From a virus: a DNA stretch of 63,626 bases. The position numbers and the translations under genes were made by a program. The notes beneath the pieces were generated by a model. It worked only from the letters and a program-made list of their open reading frames with translations. It ran no database searches and had not been told where the DNA came from. Positions 28,251-38,000 of the stretch are shown piece after piece; position 1 is the first letter of the stretch, and the number at the start of each line of letters is the position of its first letter. The DNA lies in the IMG/VR virus record IMGVR_UViG_3300045988_147865, positions 1 to 63,626 of that record, one strand, 5' to 3'.

Positions 28251-28274
28251 TCTTGATGAATTAATTTTGCTGGT

Positions 28275-28709
28275 ATGAAACATCTAAATTCCATATCCGA
28301 AATTTACCTTAAAAGAGATCAAGAAATGTATCTGCTCTTTCGTAAGGCCAAGAGGATGGTAGAATATCCTACCACCATGGCTAAGATATGCGATTACATC
28401 GCCAAGATGCCTGCCTCTTGCTATTATCTTGCCGATAGCACAGCCTATCGGTATGTATGTAAACGCATCAAGGGGGAAAAGCCTAAATTCGGCAAATATC
28501 AAGCCATGAAAGAAAAACTCTTTGAAGATTTCTATCAGGATTTCTTGCGTCTCCGGCAGATGGATCAATACAAGGAATACAATACCAAAAATCTTGTGTA
28601 TGTATGCCTGAATCTTCCTGCGCCCAATTTGGGCATGGCTCCTAGATATATACAGATGAAAATAAACAATTATTTCCGCAATAAGAAAACATCATTCATA
28701 ACTCGATAA
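28275..28709 (+). CDS. Hypothetical protein (small terminase candidate by position only).
   Basis: 144-aa ORF, first gene of the terL operon. Confidence 0.4.
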   Translation: MKHLNSISEIYLKRDQEMYLLFRKAKRMVEYPTTMAKICDYIAKMPASCYYLADSTAYRYVCKRIKGEKPKFGKYQAMKEKLFEDFYQDFLRLRQMDQYKEYNTKNLVYVCLNLPAPNLGMAPRYIQMKINNYFRNKKTSFITR

Positions 28710-28721
28710 ATCACTTCCATT

Positions 28722-29201
28722 ATGCGTACATTATATATTACACTTCTCATCATCCTCCTGATGGCTTTCATCATTCCGCTTCATGCCTCGCTGGCTGTGT
28801 CTCCATCATCGCCATTATACACCCATTTCGCCTATATGTTCGGTCATGCCAACTTTATACACTGGGGTATCAACGGCTGGTGCATATTGATGTTTCATCA
28901 TCAGTTCCGTTTCCATCGCTTACTGGCTGCCTGGCTCTGCTCCGTCTTGGTGTCGTTCATATACTATCCGGCATTACCTGTATTGGGTGCATCCGTATTG
29001 ATTTCTTTCTTCATGGGATTCTCTGCGCAATGGTATTATCGGTATCACCGCATCTACTTCTGGCAGATGATGCTCGGTATGGCTATAGGTTTCCTTCTCC
29101 CTTACATAGCTGGTATCTTCCACATAGTTCTATTCTGTTTAGGTTTCATCTATGCCAAGGCAGAGAGATTTATCCGACATGCCAATACACTTAACATTTA
29201 A
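28722..29201 (+). CDS. Rhomboid-like intramembrane protein.
   Basis: 159 aa, polytopic. GHANFIHWGIN (HxxxxHxxxN), LGASVLISFFMG (GxS) and AGIFHIVLFCLG (H in the last TM) occur in rhomboid order. Confidence 0.5.
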   Translation: MRTLYITLLIILLMAFIIPLHASLAVSPSSPLYTHFAYMFGHANFIHWGINGWCILMFHHQFRFHRLLAAWLCSVLVSFIYYPALPVLGASVLISFFMGFSAQWYYRYHRIYFWQMMLGMAIGFLLPYIAGIFHIVLFCLGFIYAKAERFIRHANTLNI

Positions 29202-29233
29202 CATTCAACACTTAACATTATTATATATAACGA

Positions 29234-31420
29234 ATGCCAGTAGCAAAATCCTCCTTAAAGGTTCGACCTCAGCAGCAGATTTCTGATAAGAAGCTCAAAG
29301 AGATTCTTGAAGAAGATAAGAGAAGACTCCAAAGTCTCCTCGCTACTTATCGTCCAATTACAGGAGAGAATGCCCCTGGTCTCCGCTTTGAATGTGTCAT
29401 CACGGATTTCTTGAAGGGAAAGAAACTCTGGCTACCGGTAGAAATGTTGAAGGAAAAGAAGTTCTGCGCCATCATCAAGTGTGGTTCTATAGAGGCCTTT
29501 TGCGATAAGTACATGCCAGACTTCGACCAAGAGAAGGCTCGCGATGCTGTCTTCCGCTACCTCATACGCCTGCGCTGTAAGCACGATTTCTATTTCTTCG
29601 CCTACGCCTACGCCCGAATCAAGAATAAGGATGGAGGTGAAGATATACCTTTTCTTCTTCGCAATGCCCAGATCAAACTAGCCAAGGTCTTCGAACAGTT
29701 ACGCCTTCACAGTCAGTACCACTATATCCGTGTCATTCTCTTGAAGTGCCGTCAATGGGGTGGTTCTACCCTTACCGACATCTACATGGCTTGGCTGCAG
29801 ATCTTCTGGAAGACAAACTGGAATAGTAATATCGTTGGTCACCAGTCTTCATCTGCCACACAGGTATTCGACATGTATGAGAAGTTAATTAATGCCATTC
29901 CTACATGGCTCTTCTACGACATTGGTGTACCATTCAAGAACGACCCTCGCAAAATCAAGACATCAGGAACCATACAGAATATCAAGTATCTCATTCCACG
30001 CGATTGCAAGATACAGACTGGTTCTGCACGTAACCCAGAATCATGCCGCTCCGGTGATGCTGCACTTGCTCATATCACTGAGGAAGCCTTCTTCCCTAAC
30101 ACCACAGAGTGGACTCCGGCTAAGGTTATTAAGGCTGCATCATCATCTATCCAACCGGACCCTCTAACCTTTATAGTAAGAGAGTCAACGCCAAACGGAC
30201 GAGAAAACGAGTTCCACGATGCCTGGGTAGCTGCAAACTCAGTAGACAAAGATGGAAAACCTCTGTCAGCATTTACTCCTGTCTTCGTGGCATGGTTCGA
30301 AATTGAAAAATATATATTGCTATTTGCTTCCGAGGATGAACGTGCCGATTTCGCAATCTGGCTGTGGAAGAATCGCAATGACGAGCAAGGTCATGGTAAG
30401 TACTATTGGTGGCTCTACGAATGTAAAGGCGCATCTTTCGAGGGCATCCATTGGTATATCGAGAAGTCCAAGGAGTATGAGACTCTTGACGATATGCGTC
30501 AGGAGTTCCCTTCTGATGATGTAGAAGCCTTCCTCTTCTCCGGTACAACTGTCTTCGACCCATACAAGTTGAAGGAAATGGAAGAGGACTGCAAGGGTAT
30601 TGAGCCTATCATGGTGGGTGACATTGAAGGTGACTCTTATGATGCTGCCGATGATGCTTGTATGAACAACATCCGCTTCATCGAGCGTTCAGGCGGACCA
30701 TTGAAGGTGTGGGCTGGACCAGACAACTCTGAAATTGTCAGACATCGGTACATCGTAGCCTGCGATATTGGTGGATCACATAAAACCAGCGACTTCTCAG
30801 ATATTGTAGTCCTTGACCGCTACGATGAAATCTATGGTGGTGTACCGGAAATCGTAGCTGAATGGCATGGTCACTGCGATGCCGATCAGTTGGCTATGCG
30901 CTGCGCCCAGATAGCCCATTTCTATAATGATGCTTATCTGGTCATCGAGAACAATACCGCCTACTCGCGCATGAACAATACTGAGGGTAACCAGTCAGAG
31001 CTGTTCTTCCCTATCCTTCTGCCTCTATACGATAACCTCTATAGCGCATCACAGTCCAAACTGAAGAAGGTGAAGAATATTGAAATGAAATGGGGATTCA
31101 ACACCAACAAGGCAACCAAGGTGGCAGTAGTGAAGACCATGGCTCGCATCATCCGTGATGGCGGCTATATGGAGCGAGAACTTGCGGCAATAGACGAATG
31201 TACCTACTTCCTCTATTACAAGCAGAATGATTGTTATGGAGCTGTAGCCGGCAAGCATGATGACCGTGTCATGGCCAGAGCCATAGCCCTCTACGTAGAA
31301 AAGGATATGCCAGCACCGGAAATCGTTCCATTCCGTTCAAAGGCAGAGATAGAGCGTGAACGTCTCCGCAACCGCCCACCAGTAGTAGCTGAGTTGTCAG
31401 GCATAGGTGGTGGCAGCTAG
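29234..31420 (+). CDS. terL: Terminase large subunit.
   Basis: 728 aa. LKCRQWGGSTL Walker-A-like segment. C-terminal RNaseH-like strings DIGGSHKTSDFSDIVVLD and HDDRVMARAIAL. Confidence 0.8.
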   Translation: MPVAKSSLKVRPQQQISDKKLKEILEEDKRRLQSLLATYRPITGENAPGLRFECVITDFLKGKKLWLPVEMLKEKKFCAIIKCGSIEAFCDKYMPDFDQEKARDAVFRYLIRLRCKHDFYFFAYAYARIKNKDGGEDIPFLLRNAQIKLAKVFEQLRLHSQYHYIRVILLKCRQWGGSTLTDIYMAWLQIFWKTNWNSNIVGHQSSSATQVFDMYEKLINAIPTWLFYDIGVPFKNDPRKIKTSGTIQNIKYLIPRDCKIQTGSARNPESCRSGDAALAHITEEAFFPNTTEWTPAKVIKAASSSIQPDPLTFIVRESTPNGRENEFHDAWVAANSVDKDGKPLSAFTPVFVAWFEIEKYILLFASEDERADFAIWLWKNRNDEQGHGKYYWWLYECKGASFEGIHWYIEKSKEYETLDDMRQEFPSDDVEAFLFSGTTVFDPYKLKEMEEDCKGIEPIMVGDIEGDSYDAADDACMNNIRFIERSGGPLKVWAGPDNSEIVRHRYIVACDIGGSHKTSDFSDIVVLDRYDEIYGGVPEIVAEWHGHCDADQLAMRCAQIAHFYNDAYLVIENNTAYSRMNNTEGNQSELFFPILLPLYDNLYSASQSKLKKVKNIEMKWGFNTNKATKVAVVKTMARIIRDGGYMERELAAIDECTYFLYYKQNDCYGAVAGKHDDRVMARAIALYVEKDMPAPEIVPFRSKAEIERERLRNRPPVVAELSGIGGGS

Positions 31421-31456
31421 CCTCTATGCAGCATGATCCATCCCCTGTATAGCCCT

Positions 31457-31483
31457 CGTTCCAGGCGATTCTATCGCCTGTCC
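31457..31483 (+). promoter_or_regulatory. Conserved hairpin family, copy c.
   Basis: CGTTCCAGGCGATTCTATCGCCTGTCC, 37 nt after the terL stop. Confidence 0.6.
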
Positions 31484-31515
31484 ATATAAGTTAATAATAA
31501 AAAGTAAAAAGAAAA

Positions 31516-31983
31516 ATGAAACAAAGTTATTCTAACCTGCTGCGTAAGATGCTCATAGCCATCTACCAGCCTATCGTCACTCGTATCGAACTCTTCCGTG
31601 CTACACGCATGTGGCAAAAAGGAGTCAAGGCAACCATTGCCAAGTATAAAGAATGTGGTGCGCCTCGTTTCTACATGCTCTACGACCAGTCGCATAAAGA
31701 TTGGGCGATTATGACCTACGATCCTAACAGAAAGAAGATGCTCGCCTATCGAAAATTAGTCCAAATGGGCAAGTGGAAAGCTACTCGCTATTTCAAAAAT
31801 GTAGAAGACATCAAGGCTGCCTCCTACTACTACACTCCTTCCAAGTGGGGAGCCATCGGCTGCGATGCGGACAACAAGGTGCGCACAACCAAACTAAAAA
31901 ACTGGCAAGAGTATTACATGTACCGAGTTTCTACCCTGATGTTTAAGTTACGCATATACAAGAAGAAACATGGTATTGACTAA
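31516..31983 (+). CDS. Hypothetical protein.
   Basis: 155-aa ORF. Confidence 0.5.
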   Translation: MKQSYSNLLRKMLIAIYQPIVTRIELFRATRMWQKGVKATIAKYKECGAPRFYMLYDQSHKDWAIMTYDPNRKKMLAYRKLVQMGKWKATRYFKNVEDIKAASYYYTPSKWGAIGCDADNKVRTTKLKNWQEYYMYRVSTLMFKLRIYKKKHGID

Positions 31984-31990
31984 ACAAAAA

Positions 31991-32019
31991 GAAGAGGAGA
32001 CCATCACGGCTTCCTCTTC
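31991..32019 (-). terminator. Terminator after the portal gene (also faces the + gene).
   Basis: gaagagga pairs with tcctcttc. A T-run follows on the - strand. Confidence 0.55.
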
Positions 32020-32121
32020 ACAATCAAATAACCTTAAAAACTAAAAACCCTATAAAATAATCTAATCAAAGAACTGAACAACATTTCGTTCAATATTATG
32101 AATTAACTAAGAACTTCTTTT

Positions 32122-34176
32122 CTACATAGCTGCCGAAGGAAGAGCTGCCAAATCATTTGCTCCATCACCGGATTCCTTTAGATGCGTATCAGGTGCTGTT
32201 GCCTGTTGTTGCCCTCCATCTGTAGGCATCTGCCCATTGGCTGCTTGCTGTGCCCGAAGAGCTTCTAGCTTTTCCAGTTGCTCCTTGAAGTATTTCCTCA
32301 TTCTTCCTGTACCAGGGAAATTAGCAACCGTAAGCATGGTATAAGGATCCATCTTGCCGCTCACCATCATCTGCCAAGCCATATCGTTGTTGGCAGTTCT
32401 GATAAGTGGACTGTATGCATCCAAGTCGATAGAAACATCTAGATCCATATCCCTCATGGTCTCTGAATTGAAGTGAATTTCAAATTCATCACCTGTCAGT
32501 TTCACGCTGTCAGCATCGGTACAAAATTCCTGTATCAGGTAAAGTTTCTTCTTGGCCACACGTACCTTAAAGTTGTTGAAACTCTCCACAAAGTCCTGTA
32601 TTGTGGTAGATGATGATTCTCTTTCCAACTGATATTGCTTGCCACTTGTATTCCGGTGCTGTCCTTGAAGAGCACCCTGCACACCACTCCCCTCGCTTGC
32701 CATCGTCTTGGCAAAGTTCACCATGAAGTCAACACCTGCCGGAATACTCTTGTTGACCAGTGTCTGAGGTGGTTTACCTCCATTCTTCGAGTTCCACAAG
32801 ATAATACTATCTGTTTTGGTATAGTTCACCTGCATTTCATCGATGCTCTGTTTCTCGCTCAATGCGTTCTCGTCCACAAGCATCGTACCCTTGGCACCAT
32901 TGGCCACAATAAAGTTAATCATCATCATATAATGATTCAAGGTGCGCTGGTTGTTTTCGGCTCGCATCGTAAAACTTCTTACCTCGCCATTCAAGCATGG
33001 ATAGGCAACGAAGGTGTATGGATGGATAGAGGTTCTGAATCCGTCCCTGAGCACATAGTATGGTGATTCCCTGGCATCTAGCAGATAGCCATTCGGTGTG
33101 ATATATCTTCTGAACCAGTAGGTTTCAGCCTCATCCTTAATCTCAATGGTCTTAAGTTCGTCAGGATCCACATAGTAGATAGGCTCACCATTCTCATCGA
33201 GCACAGGTAGGCCATTCTCATCTTTCATGATGTTGGATTCCTCTATCTTGCGCTTCTTTTCCTCATAGAAGGCTCGCTGGTCAGGAGAAGCATAGCCGCA
33301 ATCTCCACTCTCCCAGTCATGCACCCAGATGGCTGGTCTGGTTTCTTTTGTCCAGATTTCCAATACCCGGTACTTGCCTACTACTGAAGAATGGGTGAAA
33401 TCATCTATTCCAGCATACTGGGCTTCACCAGTCGGGTGATATGTCTGTTCGGGCGCAAAATGGTGCTGCGTCTGTAGATAGATCTCACTAAGTTTATTAG
33501 CCTCTACCTTGCTTCCATTTGTAAAGGTAGCAATAATCTCTCGCCAAGTCAAATCATGAGCCTCAGCAATAAATTCCACATCGCTCAGGTCATACTTAAA
33601 GAAAGGTGGTAAAGCTAGCTTAAAGATGTCTACAGAATAGTCAAAGATGCCATTCTTGCCATCCCTTCTGCCATAATAGGTTTTCATGCCCACAAAGGCG
33701 AAGACACAAAAGGCATAGAACATTCTCGCATCTAACTCTTGCCTGTCGTTCAAGTTGTCGTTCTGACGAAGATATTCATTGAAGAAACTGATATAGTCTT
33801 CCTCGTTTGGATCCACGGCACTACATGTAGCAGTACTACGCTGCTGGCGCACAAGACCAACGAGTGAAAGAAGTTTGTCTCCGATTACATCGTATTCCAG
33901 TATTGGCATACCTTTCAGTTCCATATACTGCCGGATGGTAATCTTTCTTCCGTTCCATTCTATCAGCTCTTCCAACTGTCTTCCCATCACGAAGTCTTGC
34001 GCTCGCTTCCACTTCTTTCTCAGTTCTGCACCATCATAGAAGTATTGGCAAGCCCATTGCAGCAACAGAAGATTGCTTTCGCTCTGCGTAAACCGCTCCC
34101 GGCTCACTCCTTCAAGTGAGTCAGGTCCCGGCTCTGCATAGTTCGATATGTCATTTATTACATGATTGTCAACCAT
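32122..34176 (-). CDS. Portal protein (putative).
   Basis: 684 aa, adjacent to terL and behind late motif copy 4. Size and position are typical of a portal. Confidence 0.6.
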   Translation of the reverse strand: MVDNHVINDISNYAEPGPDSLEGVSRERFTQSESNLLLLQWACQYFYDGAELRKKWKRAQDFVMGRQLEELIEWNGRKITIRQYMELKGMPILEYDVIGDKLLSLVGLVRQQRSTATCSAVDPNEEDYISFFNEYLRQNDNLNDRQELDARMFYAFCVFAFVGMKTYYGRRDGKNGIFDYSVDIFKLALPPFFKYDLSDVEFIAEAHDLTWREIIATFTNGSKVEANKLSEIYLQTQHHFAPEQTYHPTGEAQYAGIDDFTHSSVVGKYRVLEIWTKETRPAIWVHDWESGDCGYASPDQRAFYEEKKRKIEESNIMKDENGLPVLDENGEPIYYVDPDELKTIEIKDEAETYWFRRYITPNGYLLDARESPYYVLRDGFRTSIHPYTFVAYPCLNGEVRSFTMRAENNQRTLNHYMMMINFIVANGAKGTMLVDENALSEKQSIDEMQVNYTKTDSIILWNSKNGGKPPQTLVNKSIPAGVDFMVNFAKTMASEGSGVQGALQGQHRNTSGKQYQLERESSSTTIQDFVESFNNFKVRVAKKKLYLIQEFCTDADSVKLTGDEFEIHFNSETMRDMDLDVSIDLDAYSPLIRTANNDMAWQMMVSGKMDPYTMLTVANFPGTGRMRKYFKEQLEKLEALRAQQAANGQMPTDGGQQQATAPDTHLKESGDGANDLAALPSAAM

Positions 34177-34221
34177 AATTCTTAATTTTTCGCCAAAAAT
34201 ACCGCATTTTTCTCGCTTATT

Positions 34222-34239
34222 AGTGATAAGTTGCGCAAC
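34222..34239 (-). promoter_or_regulatory. Late-operon motif, copy 4.
   Basis: The - strand reads GTTGCGCAACTTATCACT. A TATTTTTG box follows (rc at 34194-34201). Confidence 0.55.
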
Positions 34240-34305
34240 TTAACATTACTTTCTCATATTTTCTCCTTATTTTTGTTCCGCATTTCATTTAAAACGTTTT
34301 AAATT

Positions 34306-34782
34306 ATGGGTAAATCAATCAATGTACATGAAGCCTGCGTCATTACTAAAGATGATAAAGGCAACTTGTCTCTGGTAGGAAAGGCAAAAGAAGCCCTTAC
34401 CTCCTTAGATAAGCACAAGGTTGCTATCCACATCAAACTCTGCGATAGCAAAAAAGATGATGTAGAAAAGTTCCTTCAGGAAAATAATGTTCCTTTTACC
34501 TCTATCACCGCAAAGGGTGAATCACCAGAAGGTAAAGATGAAAAGGGCGAGAAGAAGAATGATTCTACAGTTACCGTTGTTCCTAGATCCAAGTTCGTCA
34601 CGCTCGATGGCGATTGGTCCTGGTGTTTGGATAGCATCGTCCAACGGCTCTGGGGCGAAAAAAAGAAGGAGAATCCGAAGAGTGAACAGCAGCGCATGGA
34701 TGACAGCATGGCTGATTACATACGCTGGGCATCACCAAAGAAAAAGGAACCAGAGAATGCATCTGGTACTTCTCTCGGATAA
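34306..34782 (+). CDS. Hypothetical K/E-rich protein.
   Basis: 158-aa ORF. Confidence 0.5.
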   Translation: MGKSINVHEACVITKDDKGNLSLVGKAKEALTSLDKHKVAIHIKLCDSKKDDVEKFLQENNVPFTSITAKGESPEGKDEKGEKKNDSTVTVVPRSKFVTLDGDWSWCLDSIVQRLWGEKKKENPKSEQQRMDDSMADYIRWASPKKKEPENASGTSLG

Positions 34783-34880
34783 CATCGCTCCAACATCTTC
34801 AACTTTAAACACACAAATGATTCATTAATCATAACTATTTTAAATTTATTTGGAATTAGATTTTTTATAACTATCAAAAA

Positions 34881-34904
34881 GGGACTCGCTGTGAAGCAAG
34901 TCCC
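34881..34904. terminator. Bidirectional terminator (A-run, hairpin, T-run).
   Basis: aaaaaGGGACTcgctgtgaagcaAGTCCCcttttt between convergent genes. Confidence 0.65.
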
Positions 34905-35001
34905 CTTTTTCTGTTTGTAGAAATATCGAACATAAAATTGAATTGGCCAAAGCCTATTTTCGGAAATATAGAACATTTCCTAGAGTGAAGTAGCCCGAAG
35001 G

Positions 35002-38000
35002 CTACTCCATTCCGTTCAACGTTTTAAGCAGTTCCTTTCTGATCTTCCGAATCTCCACCAGTCTGGCAGCATCGTTCTGACCGTCCATTTGCTTCTTGGC
35101 TTTGTTCATCTTCTTTTTGGCAGCAGAGATAGCCTTTCTAGCCGCAAACAGTCGCTTGTTGGTTTTGCTGTTCTTAAAGGCATTTGCCTTCGCCTTATCA
35201 ACATCCTTCAAACGCTGATACTCCTGATAAGTCTCAATGGTTCCGTTCCAGACGTTCTGTATTCTCCAGTCCTCCGTCACGTCCTCTGCCTTAGCCTTCA
35301 TCAGGTACTTGCTTTCAGCCTTCTCCATTTCCTTCAAGTCTTCATCACCATTCAGATAACCCTGCACCATGTCCAGAGCCTCCTTCTGGGTGAAAGCCTT
35401 GTAGTCACTCTGCGAGAGGAATTTCTTCATCTTCTGGCGCATCTTCTTCTTTTCCGTGATACTCTTGGCAGCATCAAAGCGTTTACTTGCCTCCTGTAAG
35501 GAAGTCACTCCATCGCTCATTTCTGCACTCTCCAGTGCCTTCACCGAACCGATGGCAGCCTTAATCTGAGCCTCTGGGTCGATACCATTGCGCTGGCAGC
35601 TCTGATAGGTCATCACCACGCCCTCCATGTCACCGCTAAGGATAAAGTCCTTGAAGTAACTCTGAGCCTTCCATGGAGAGAAACCCTTGCTAGATGGGAA
35701 GAAGAAATCCACGGCCTTGAACTCCTTGTTCTCCTGGCTCGGAATCAGGAAAGGTGCCCAGTACAAAGCATCCTTATAAAGCAGTCCGATGGTCTTGCCA
35801 TATTTGCGCTGAATCTCCTGATCAGCATGGCTGGCTTGGAAATCGCTCAGATAATTAATATCATCCAGCGTCATTCTTACCATAGGGTTAGCCTTACCTA
35901 TCATTCTCTGAACCATTGGACCAGGGAACTCTAGTTCTCCCTTATGGTTGAATAGGTATTCAGGAACCTCACGGAACTGCTTACCATGTCTCACATACAT
36001 TTCTGTACCATCTTCATATCTGCCTAAGAAGATCTTGCTCTGCTGGCCAAGGCTGTTGCCTCTCATCAGATAGTCATACCATTTCATACCCTCGTCACCA
36101 TAAGCCAGTTCATACATGCTCTTATAGCTAGGGTTGGTCTTCCTGATCTCCTCAGCCTTCTTGCGTTCCTTCTCCTCGTCCATGGCACGGAAGGCAGCAT
36201 TGATGCCATTGGCAATACCCTCATAGAATACCATGAATCCGATACCATAACAGAGGAGTGCAGAAATCTGTCTGCTTCTTCTGCCTTCATCCTCCGGTGT
36301 AAGTTCCTTATGTTTGAGCCTCTTGTAATACTGCTTGAAGTTCTCAAAGGTTGCCTCATTCCAGATAGAACCAAATCCGGTTAATGCCAGGAAGTGTCGA
36401 GTAGTAGAAGCATTCCAGTCTGGAGAAAGAAGAACTCGTCCTGCATAGCGCAAGGTTCGATGGCTGGCTCCCAACACATCCCAGTGCTGCCCACCAAACA
36501 TATCGTTCACAAACTGACCGTCTTCATCTAAAGCACGGTTCAGTTCCTCGGCACTCCATCCCTTCTTCTTGGCACGCTCTTTGGTCTTGTCTGCCCTCAT
36601 ACGATAGGTAGCAAGTTTCAGTCCGTCATGAAGGAAATCCCACAAAGCTACATCCATGCCCTTATTGATGAGCGAAAGCATCTGCGTTGCCACCGTCAAT
36701 GGCATAGAAGCCTTAGCCACCGTTCCGGAAATTCCATTTCCGTCCTTCAACTTCTCCTGCACCTTCATCATCGCATTGCGCATGTTGTCAAACATGTTCT
36801 GTACATCCGCTGCAGCATAGTCGTTGGTCGCTCCGAACTTCACCAGATGGGAAGCAGCCTCTTGAAAATCCTCAGGATTGGCAAAACAAGGCAACTCATG
36901 GTTCTTGGCTGTATCTGCAAAGATATACTTCATAAAGTTGGCCATGGCCTTCTTAGGACCAAACTCCACCATATTCTGCACCATATAGACCTCGGTCAAG
37001 GCTCCGGCATGGAAACCGCTAAAGCCCAGCTCCAACTTCTTGGCACTAGAAGCTAGCGTATCAAAGGTTTTCCAGAATGGGGATGACTGATAGGTATCAA
37101 ACACAACACCAAATCTGTCACCGGCACTAGCCTCACTATAGATCACCTTCTCCTTGCCGGTGATAGGATTCTTCACCTTCACCTGCTTAGGCGATACATT
37201 ATACACCCACACAGGTCCCACGCCCGGAATCTCAAAGTACTTATATTGCTCCAAATTGAATGGAGCAGAAGAAGAAAGTAGTGGATCAGTAGAAATTACC
37301 TCTCCTTTTTCATTCCGCTCTATCACGTTCAGTCCGGTCAACTCCTGCAACATGGTCTTGTTAGCCCAAGCCTCAATATTACTTCTGCTGTAGTAGGCCA
37401 TCATTTTCGTTATGTCGGTAGTCTTTGGCACAAGTCCGGCATAAATACCTTCCATTAATGTGCTGATGGTTCTCGGCTTCTCATTCGGACTCTTCGTGCG
37501 CTGTCTGTTCTCCACAAAGGTAGCATACGCCTCAGGATCAGATTTCTCTTTATCCCAAATATGATTTACGTAGTCAACATTATAACCAGTGCCAGCTTTC
37601 AAAGCATGATTATCCATTAACCAGTCGTAGGTATAGTTATACCAGTCACGGATGGAATCAATGGCAGCCTGCATTTCAGGAGAAAGTTCCTTATAATTGA
37701 TACGTCCTGGCACTACCCTCTCTTTTACGAGTTTCAAAACATGTTTACTGAGGATGTCCGTTCCATCACATGGAACAAAACCTTCTTCGCCTTGGTGATT
37801 GGCATTGATAGCCTGTGCCATCTTGCTTGCCACCTCGCTCACAGCCTTAGGATCATCGTATACCTCTATCTCCTTGCCTTTTTTAATCTCTATATGCTTC
37901 TTTGCTGTCTCGGTAATCAAGTCTGTCACGTATGGCTGGATAGCCTCAACATCAGATGGCTGGATATGGATATGTCCCTTATCAAAGACACCAGTGGCAT

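Noticed and set aside
2813-31420. Genome-wide TAG (amber) reassignment, as reported for some Bacteroidota phages.
   Set aside because: terL (31418-31420), the 956-aa gene (11712-11714) and 57867..58157 all terminate at TAG at sensible positions. The capsid, portal, fibre and 5,185-aa genes are intact in the standard code. Only one in-frame TAG (3086) is seen.
3281-31483. A shared C-terminal extension produced by TAG read-through into the hairpin family. CGT TCC is in frame after the TAG stops of the methyltransferase, the 956-aa gene and terL, giving ...PRSQRFYRWS, ...SHRSMAF and ...PRSRRFYRLS.
   Set aside because: Three in-phase cases have roughly a 1 in 9 chance. The copy with the compensatory stem gives a different peptide and an early stop. 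Conservation therefore tracks base pairing, not amino-acid sequence.
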